A stretch of 64,000 nt of DNA from Eledone cirrhosa (Eukaryota), in NCBI GenBank assembly GCA_964016885.1, contig OZ024743.1:370574001-370638000 (forward strand), read 5' to 3'. Below the pieces are notes generated by a model. That model was not told where the DNA came from and searched no databases. It worked only from the letters and a program-made list of their open reading frames with translations. Positions 55,401-64,000 of this stretch are shown here, piece by piece. How positions within the stretch are numbered: the first letter of the stretch is position 1; each line of letters opens with the position of its first letter. A program made the translations under genes and the position numbers.

Positions 55401-55589
55401 GTAAGTACTTTCAGTTTATAAATAATAACTTTATCTTGTATATATACATGTTCAATATAAGTATTCTTGTGTTTTGTTCCAGCTGCTTTATTCTGATATC
55501 AACTATTATTTATCAATTTACAAAATAGTATAGTTAATCATGTTTATTTCAGATAGTCCACACATCTCACGTGTTGCAATGTATATACT

Positions 55590-58560
55590 AAATAAAATAA
55601 AAAATACTGTGACAATATATTAATAAAGTGACACATACAGTTCCTGCCACAAGAGAGCTGCTAGTGCACATACTTAAATATGGAATGATACACGATGGGG
55701 CCTCCCCCACAGCCCCGGTGGACAGGATGGAGAAGGCGTTTCCCCGGAAGATGGCAAGGGAGACGCGCTGGAAAAGCCACTCCAACCTGCGGGGTTCACA
55801 CCTGCGGCTGGCCAGCTCAAGGCCTATGGTGGTGAGTAAGGAGGTAGCCCTAGGGTTGAGGACACCAGAAGTCTCCACTGCCAGGGGTACAACCGCAAAC
55901 CTGTCAGAGAGCGACCGGTATTTGAGGAGTTTGGCCTCCTCAGCCCGATGTGCAGCAGAACCTGGGTTAGTCACAGACTGCACCAGGTTGCGGCTGCAGA
56001 AAGTGTCGGTGCAAGTAGCATCCCAGACGAGTGATTTGCCACCGCGGAATGAGAAGATGGTCATGCCATCTGGCCTTTTGCCGTCCTCTCAGTCAAGCCC
56101 CACCGGCTCTGCTGAGAAGGGAAGCCTGCAGCGTCCAAGCCATGATTTATGACCTCATTGAGAGCAACATGACGTGGAAGGCGGCTGGCACTGTGGCGAC
56201 AGGAAAGCGGGTGGAGGCCGAAAGAGTGCACGGTGGATCTGCAGCAACATTGGTGTGGCTCGCAGATCCGGAGGCCGAAGCTCAGGGAAACGCCGATGCA
56301 CAGGCTATTGTTGTCTAGCTGCATGCCAGTAGAGAAGGAGGGCAGGGCATGGAGCCAGGCACCACTGTGGGATTTGGAGGCCACACGAAAGCAGGTCAAG
56401 CTGGCATGTGAGCCTGTCTGAGGCCAGGCTGCACTGGATGGCATCTCAAGTTCTTTGGGGGACTTGACGTCAACAGGGGGAGAAGGAGGATGTACGTCTA
56501 CTGGGCTAAGTCCCAGCCAGTCCCATATCTCACAGGTGGCCTCACGTTCTCTGAACACAGAGGATCCTATTGGGTTTGAAAGAACCCTGCTGATGAGGAC
56601 GCAACACGAGATTACCGAAGAAAGATACACCGGCAAAGCCAGCGAGATCGGGGACCAGAGGCCAAGGCCGCCATACCTGACAGGTAAAGTGGCCTGTTGC
56701 CATCCAATATCGTCAAACTTGACGTTGCATGTCTCCTCGGCTGCTGCTCAGATACAAGTATCGAGGTCAGCGAGGAGAGATGTGTGGGTGTAGCATGGTG
56801 CGCTGCGAAGGGTATAGAGGAGCTTCAGCATGGCGAAGCAGTTCCTCAACAGAAAGAGAGCTGGGTGGCCGTCAATCAAGCCCAGTTGGTTCGTGAGCGT
56901 CTGGAGTTGTTGGAGCCTGGACCTGATGGTCGAGCAGATGGCCGGCGGGTGGATCGGTGACCCGAGGATGAGGACATCCTCTTTGGGGGTCACCTGTATC
57001 TGGTGGAGAATGGACCACACGTCCGAGATGGAGGCTGGAAAGCTCTCAGCATCGTAGCTGACATTCACCACCTCCGACATGGATGAGTTGATCTGCAGGC
57101 CGATTCCCACCAGGCAGGAACCACCGATTGAAGGTCATGGCAGACAGTCTGTATGGGTCCACAGCCTGGTTGCATGTGCGGCCCCCTCAAAGCTACCGGA
57201 CACGCCAACACCCAGTTGCACCAGACTGAACTCTTCACCCAGTTCAGGTGTTATGGACCTGCAGACCACCTTGGCAGCCAACCTCCGGAAGACATTGCCC
57301 ACAGCGATTGGGCGTATGCCACCCTCTTTCTTCCTGAGAGCGGTGAGGCTAGCCGAAAAAAAGAGGCCTCGGGCGTGAGGGTCCAGGGTGCCATGGATGA
57401 GCCTATTGGTGAGTGCCACAATTGCAGTCAAAAGGTGGCGCCCGGCCTCAGTGGGGAGGGGGGATAACAATTCCTTGAGGTGGCCTGGTCGGAGACCATC
57501 AGCACCTCCACTGCTGCTAGCTGGGAAGGACTTGATGGCAAACATGATGTCTGCGTCGGAAGCCACAAGGAGCAAGTGGGGGTCGGGTGGGGGTATGGGT
57601 CTGAGATCAGCGGGTGGCTCAGGGTGCTTGAGTGACAGAGCAGCCAGGACCTCCTTGATGGGTTGGAGGACAGTGTCCTCTGAGGCAACCACTCTGACTG
57701 CGGCCGAGACATCACCTATGATTATTTTAGAATTTACGCGGTCATGCAAACGCTTGGTGCTGGCTTCAGGGATGCAGGATTGGAGGTACCCGAGGGTGGG
57801 GTATGCGGCGTCCCTAGGCACGCTTGGAATGGGCACTTGCCCAAAGGATGAAACATTGGCCTTGACGAAGGCTGCTGTCGACCGAGTGGGGTGAAATAAA
57901 AGAGTCGCTCCCAGTCACTGGCTCGATTGGATCCAGGGCGCTCTCAATCGTGGAAGCAAGGACATCGGCTACCGGCACCCGGACCACTCTCGGGATCCTG
58001 AGTAGGATCTTACGGAACTGCCTGAGCTGAGCGATGTTGACCAGCGACGCTTGGGTGTCAGGCAAGCTCGCTGTCTCATTTGGTGTGCCAGACGGCGGTG
58101 GCTGGGCAGACGAGGGGAAGAGGCAGTTCCTAGATCTCCACACTGTGAGGGCACTGAAAGCTCGACATGTCAAGCCAACACAGGTGAGGTGGTGGAAGCA
58201 ACCGCACCCCGAACAGTTCCAGCCCCTCTTCCGTCTGTTAGTAGTGCTGGGGGGTGGGGCAAGGGGCCGGGGACTGGGGCACCGAGCAGCATCAGGGGTG
58301 AGTGGCTGGCATGTGTGGGTGGAGGGGTAAGTGCTGGTAAGTGGGCCTCATGGCTCACCTACATCAGATACAGAGGCATCAGAAGACAAGAGAGAAAAGA
58401 AGGGGGTGCATGGAGGAGGGACACACAAGAAGGTAGAATGTTAGCAAATTAATGAGTGAATGGATGAATGTACAAAAAACAATAAAAAAAAGAAACAAAG
58501 GTTGGGGGGAAGAGAGAAAACGAGTTTGTTCCCAGCGGAAAAACGCAGAGTTCAGCACGC
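55590..58560 (-). mobile_element. Decayed CRE-like LINE (RT + restriction-like endonuclease) in the protease intron
   Basis: GGADGLRPGHL, KKEGGIRPIAVG, QLGVG, GAWL.ALP, LVWDATCTDT, PLAVETSG; RT core appears partly deleted. Confidence 0.85.
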
Positions 58561-58984
58561 ACATATGCGAGCATGTTAGCAGTTTCTTATAGGACCTTGT
58601 GGCTGGGAGTGAGTCATTCCATCCTGAAAACGTATGTGTTGTTGCTGGTGTTATTGTTCTTGTCACTGATGCTGGAGTTGGCTTCCTTTTGTTAATGGTA
58701 GTGGTAGTGATTGCTGGTAAGATGTCGATGTATACACATATGTGTTGTTGTTGTTAATGTCACAGTTGTTGTCGTTGCCTTCCTCTTGTTAATGGTGGTG
58801 GTAGATGAAACTGCTACCAATTCAGGCTGCCAGGCAGTATGCTGAGGCTCGAGTGCCTTCTTTTACCGAAGATGCGGGGTCAATGTTATTATCCTGTTGC
58901 TGCCGCCTTCTTGACCGGAGATGCGGGTCAGTGGCTTTCAGCATCTTTTAGCAGCATGACAAATAAATATATTCTCTATTTTTG

Positions 58985-60455
58985 TTTTGTCTTTTCTTTC
59001 TCTCTGTCTCATCTGATTCAAATTATTTGTCAGTGAATTGGTGGTCGGTTTTGTTTTGTTTTGTTTTATGTTTCCATTTGTTTTTATTTATTTCTCTCGC
59101 TCTTCTCGTATGTTTCGGTGCGTTAAATTTGTGAGGTTCCTATCGATGGTTAATAGCATTTATTATTTGCGGTGGTTTGGCAGTATCGGTAGAGGGTTGG
59201 ACACCATGCTTTTCAGCATAGTTACGTCCCTTTACGATCTGAGTTCAAATCCCGCCAAGGTTGACTTTGCCTTTCATCCTTACGGGGTCGATAAAATAAA
59301 GTACCAGTAATGCACTGGGTAATTGCTGGCCTTGTGTCTAAAGTAGAAACAATTATTTGAGGTTATATTTCCATTCTAGGATGTATTCTATCATAACAGC
59401 ACATACTGCTTCCCAGTATCATGGATTAAACTGTGAGTTAATGCCGTGAATGTTTGGGGCGAATGTTTGACTATTGGGTAATCAGATAATCCAAGCGTAA
59501 AATCATCAATGTAGATATGGATAGAGTCTAGTGGATTTGAGAATGTGTTAGAAGTGATGAAGCAGCGTGGTAAATGTTTAAGATAAAAATTCATTAACTC
59601 AAGAGGGTTGGTATCTGATGCAAGCAAATTTCCTTCATCGATGTCAGATTCAACATCTTTATGGACTTCGCAAGTTGGGTTACATACGGCGAACTATAAT
59701 GTTTAATAATTCGCGACTAGTATAACAGCTCTGTACAGTTCTCATTCAATGGGATGAAAAAGTCTGTATATGGGTATGCTTGCTCCAAGGAATGGCATAA
59801 TATTAGCATATCACATACATATATACACATACATATATGCCCATGTACATATGTGTGTTGGTATGTCAAATACACACATATCATCATCATCATCATTTTA
59901 CGTCCGCTTTTCCCTGCTTGCAAGGGTGGGACGGGAACTGATTCTGGCTTGATTTCTACAGCTGGATGCCCTTCCTAAAACCAACCTCATTTACAGTGAG
60001 TGCTGGGTGCTTTTTTTGCCATGACACCTCCACGACCACTTTGCAATGGAATGATATGGACCCCAGTCCTATCATCTCATTTCTACAGCTGAGTAAACTG
60101 GAGCAATGTGAAATAAAGTGTCTTGCTCAAGGAAACAACACATCACCCGGTCTGAGAATTGAACTTACAACCTTTCGACTGCAAGGCCAATGCTCTAACC
60201 ACTAAGCCATGTGCCTCCATATATATATATATATGTGTATATCCGTGTGGGAAGCAACACGTGTTGGTTTGTTTTTTATTTTTTTTCCTCTCTCTTTCTA
60301 ATCTGATTCAAAAAATTATTTGGCAGTGAATTGATGGTCGGTTTTTTTTTTGTCCCCCTTCCTTTTATTTTGTTTCTTTCTCTCGCTCTTTGCGTATATT
60401 TTGGTGCGTTATATTTGTGAGGTTCCTGTCAATGGTTAATAGCTTTTATTATTTG
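58985..60455. repeat. Two diverged direct copies of a roughly 180-bp sequence (58985-59169, 60285-60455)
   Basis: atctgattcaaa..cagtgaattg..tttgtgaggttcct..atggttaatagc in both. Confidence 0.7.
59170..59359 (+). mobile_element. tRNA-SINE with TSD attatttg
   Basis: attatttg at 59162-59169 and 59352-59359. Confidence 0.85.
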
Positions 60456-62699
60456 TGGTTATTTTTTTTTTTTTTTTTTTTCAATCACAGGAAAGTGCAC
60501 ACATATACATATATGTATATTTACAGGTGCATATATTAATGAACTTGTATTTCACGTTAAACACAGAGGGACATCAGTAAATAGTAATACCAATATTTAG
60601 ATATAAAGATATAGATGTACATATCTACATATCTCTATTTCGGGGTTATTTTTTTATTTTATTTTTTCCCCTGTGTGTGTAGCAACACGTGGCTGTGTGT
60701 GTTGCTGCTGACTCTAGCAGAGCCCAAGAAAACCCATCTTTCCCTGCTGACATATCTCACATGTTCCCTTCATGTTCTGACTGCCCATTGAGATCAGCTT
60801 TTACACTACTAAGTAAATGAATTCATACATTCTTGAATGTATGAAGTTTCTCATTTATTACATATTGCACAGAAGTTAATGGTTAAATTATTTGAAGAAA
60901 CCTTATAGAAATTCTCTCTTATCTTTACTCATTGTAGGTTTTTAGATTCTTTGTTATATATTTTTTTAACATTATATTAATATATTGAATCAATAGTGTA
61001 CATACATTAATACAATAATATGTTGAGACCGCCATATATTTTATTAACTATATTGGGTCATAACTATGTATTATAATATTCAAGGATCATCATCAGTCTT
61101 GTGAGACCATGGATGTGCTCATGGTAAGTTCTTTTCCTGGGTGCAAGCTTAGGCAAAGCATTTTGTGTGTGGCAGACCAGCAGTTGCCTATGTATACAAG
61201 GTTTCCCCGCTCCATGCCATTAATGTTGTCCAAAGGAAAAGCAAAGGCTGATAGAATTTTATAACAGCGATTTTGTAGGTAAACTAAGAGTGCAAAGAGT
61301 TGAAAGAGATATGACAACAGATCACGTTCAATACTCTAACATTTCCACCAATCCACTGTCCTGAATTGGCACTTTATTTATCATTCTCGAAAGGATCAAC
61401 GGCAAAATTGAACTCAGTGGGATTTGAAATCAGAATGCGAAAAGCCAGAAAAAATACTACAGGGCATTCAATCCTTTAATAAATATGCCAATACAACACA
61501 TTTTCCTTACAGCACTTAGGTTTTGTAAATGGTTATTCATCTAAGTCATAACTAAATTCGATGTTGCTTAACATTATTGATTAGAATGAAAACAAGTATT
61601 TTTCAACATGATATAGCTGTAAATATTAGATAATTACTGTAGATTATATTATAGAGGATCATTACAATAATGTATTGAGTCATTGCTGTACAATATATTG
61701 ATGTATTGGATCATTATTATACATTATAATGGATGCATGGTTTTGTAATTCCTGATAAAGTTGTAGGAGTGTCATAGTGGCATACATGGTTTCTGGGGTC
61801 TTTTAAGCCTGGTGGTGTCCATCCTTCTCCAGGCCTGAACAGAGGACAGAAAGTGAGAGAGAAGAAGTGAAAAAAAAAAATGGATGACGAATTGACTCCA
61901 GGGTGGAACTGGTAATTTTTTATTACCTTTGAAAGCATGCAAGTTAAAGTTGACTTTGTCAGGATTTGAACTCAGAGAGCTGGAACATATACCACAAAGC
62001 ACCATAACTGACATTCTAACGACTCTGCCAATTCATTTACCTTCACATTATAATACTATACTTTATAATATATTAGACTATTATTGTCCATTATATTAAA
62101 ATAATACATTATTTACTAATCAAGTGAATCTTTTCCATGAAGTAAAATAGACAACTGGTTGTGAATACGAAGAACTTCCTATAACAATATAACTCAACAA
62201 TAACAGAAAGATAATTGCTGACAAAATATTTCAATGATATCATCTAAAGTCTTGCTGATAGCGATCTGAGAAGGAGAATTTAATAAATTTTGCATGACAC
62301 AAAATCCTTCCAGAAATGGATTGTCAATTTGCTCATGCATCACACAGATCAGATTTAGTTGAGAGGATTTCTAAACTGAAACAGCAGCTCGTACTGGATG
62401 ATATTACAAAGAAGAACCACTTGGAAAACACTTGACATTTGTTTTTGTTTGATAGAGTTTCAATATTGACTTGCCACATGTAAATATTCTAGTAATAATT
62501 CAAGAAGAAAATGATAGCAATGAATAAAACCACCAAAAGATATGAAAAAGAGGTATGAAAAAGTGAGATATACAAAAAGATGAGAGGTACGAAAAAGAAC
62601 CAGACCACATTGTCCTTAGTGTGGGTTAACAAGGGATGCATTCAAGCCTTAGGTAAAGGGGCCTGTTCAAAAAAATATATTGCAGTCTCCATTTCATGC

Positions 62700-64000
62700 A
62701 GAAAAAAGTGGCAATGGGCCTGTGATCTGTCCTGGGAGACATGGGATGGATAAAGAATGACTTCATACCCGGAGACCCCAAAGAGGGTCCAGAATGGAAC
62801 AAACCTTAACAATTGGAACCTGGAACATCACAACCCTTACAAGTAAGGAACAGAAACTAGTGGAAGAGTCAAGATGCTACTGGAGAGATATAGTTGTGGT
62901 TTCCTCAACAAAGTTTCATGACTCTGGTACTGTAGATTTGAATGGAGGGTGGGAGCTCCACAATTCAGGTGTGACCAGAAATGACTGCACATGGAGGAGT
63001 AGGGATATTCATAAGTCTCCAGCTGTCAGATTGTGTTATGGATTAGATCCCATTAGAAGGGATGTTTTACCTCTTGAAGCTTAGGCTAAAAGATAGGTTT
63101 ATGTGTGGTACAAGTTATGCACCAAACAAGGAGTCCGATTACAGGTCCTTCCTTGATGAAGTCACTGCAGCATTAGATGTAGTTAAGACTGAGTCATATA
63201 TACTGATGGAAGACTTCAATTCACTTGTTGGCACTGATCACCTGACATGGAAGGGCATGATTGGAAAGAATGTCGACCCCTATCTAAATACCAATAGAGA
63301 GGATTTCTGCTCTAACAACGGACTCTCTATTAAGAACACCTTCTTCCAGCACAAAGACATCCATAAAAATACATGGTATAAAGGGAATCAGGGACAGTGA
63401 TAAATAATTGATTTTGTTATTGTCTCTGATCTCTTTGATTCTGTGCAGGATGTTCGTGTTAGAAGAGCTGAGCTGTCAACTGATCACTATCTAGTTATCT
63501 GTAACTTGAGACTAACTGAAGCAAAATAAGCCCGCAAAAGTGGCAGCTACAGGGTGACATTCAACATAAAGTGGGGAGCATTGGTAGATAAGGAATTCAG
63601 GACCAGGTAGGCAGATACTATTGCATCCAAATTCCGAGAACTCCCTAAGAACATTGAAGCAGAGGGGAGATTGTTCAACTCAGCATTTTCTGCTTCAGCT
63701 GTGAAATGTTGCAAGTGTGGTGCTGCATGGCAGGAAAACTCCTTAGTTCAATCAAGAGGTCAAAGATTCCATCTGAGCAAAGAAGGGGGCTTACAAAGCT
63801 TGGCTTGGAAATAAGTTCTCCTTCTTGCATTTGTGGTAAAAGCAGGCATGAAGAACTGTACCAGAGTCAGTAGAGGCCTCTAACATGGAAGGACTTTGGG
63901 GTTAAGCTGGAATCCAAATTCAGATCAGCAAATAAAATATTCTAGCAGGACATCTGCACCTGGGGTTCTCCTCTCTTCAGAGAGAATACATTGCTGATCT
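62700..64000 (+). mobile_element. Decayed RTE-clade LINE 5' part (APE endonuclease)
   Basis: IGTWNITTL, YAPN, EDFN..VG, NTFFQHK, IDFV, STDH. Confidence 0.8.

Noticed and set aside
59391-59700. Minus-strand YIDD-containing fragment, possibly an old PLE RT
   Set aside because: Single short motif, too decayed to support

Overview
AT-rich animal DNA made almost entirely of nested transposons and (TA)n/(CA)n/(TTA)n microsatellites. The repeat content suggests an octopus or other cephalopod (inference). The only host-gene evidence is two phase-compatible + strand exons of a trypsin-family (S1) serine protease (54420-54457, 55232-55400). Conventional elements include decayed Tx1/L1, R4/Dong-like, CRE-like and RTE LINEs, tRNA-derived SINEs, two decayed autonomous and two non-autonomous Helitrons, and a probable solo LTR. 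The main signal is a set of (TA)n-inserted Penelope-like elements (PLEs). One is young with an intact ORF (RT + GIY-YIG) and forms a 7.6-kb inverted structure. About ten further insertions are foldbacks whose two ends are both element 3' ends. About 20 type I hammerhead ribozyme motifs were read by eye. Several sequence-divergent hammerheads share a fixed C.C mismatch after 3 bp of stem II, a palindromic stem III, an AUA cleavage triplet and a downstream AATAAA; some of these elements also share a 3' TYGAGTRCT motif. Insertion ends repeatedly fall at internal TA/ATAT microhomologies, suggesting priming from both ends of a cut palindromic (TA)n target. All pairings and coordinates are by eye; no searches or folding programs were run.
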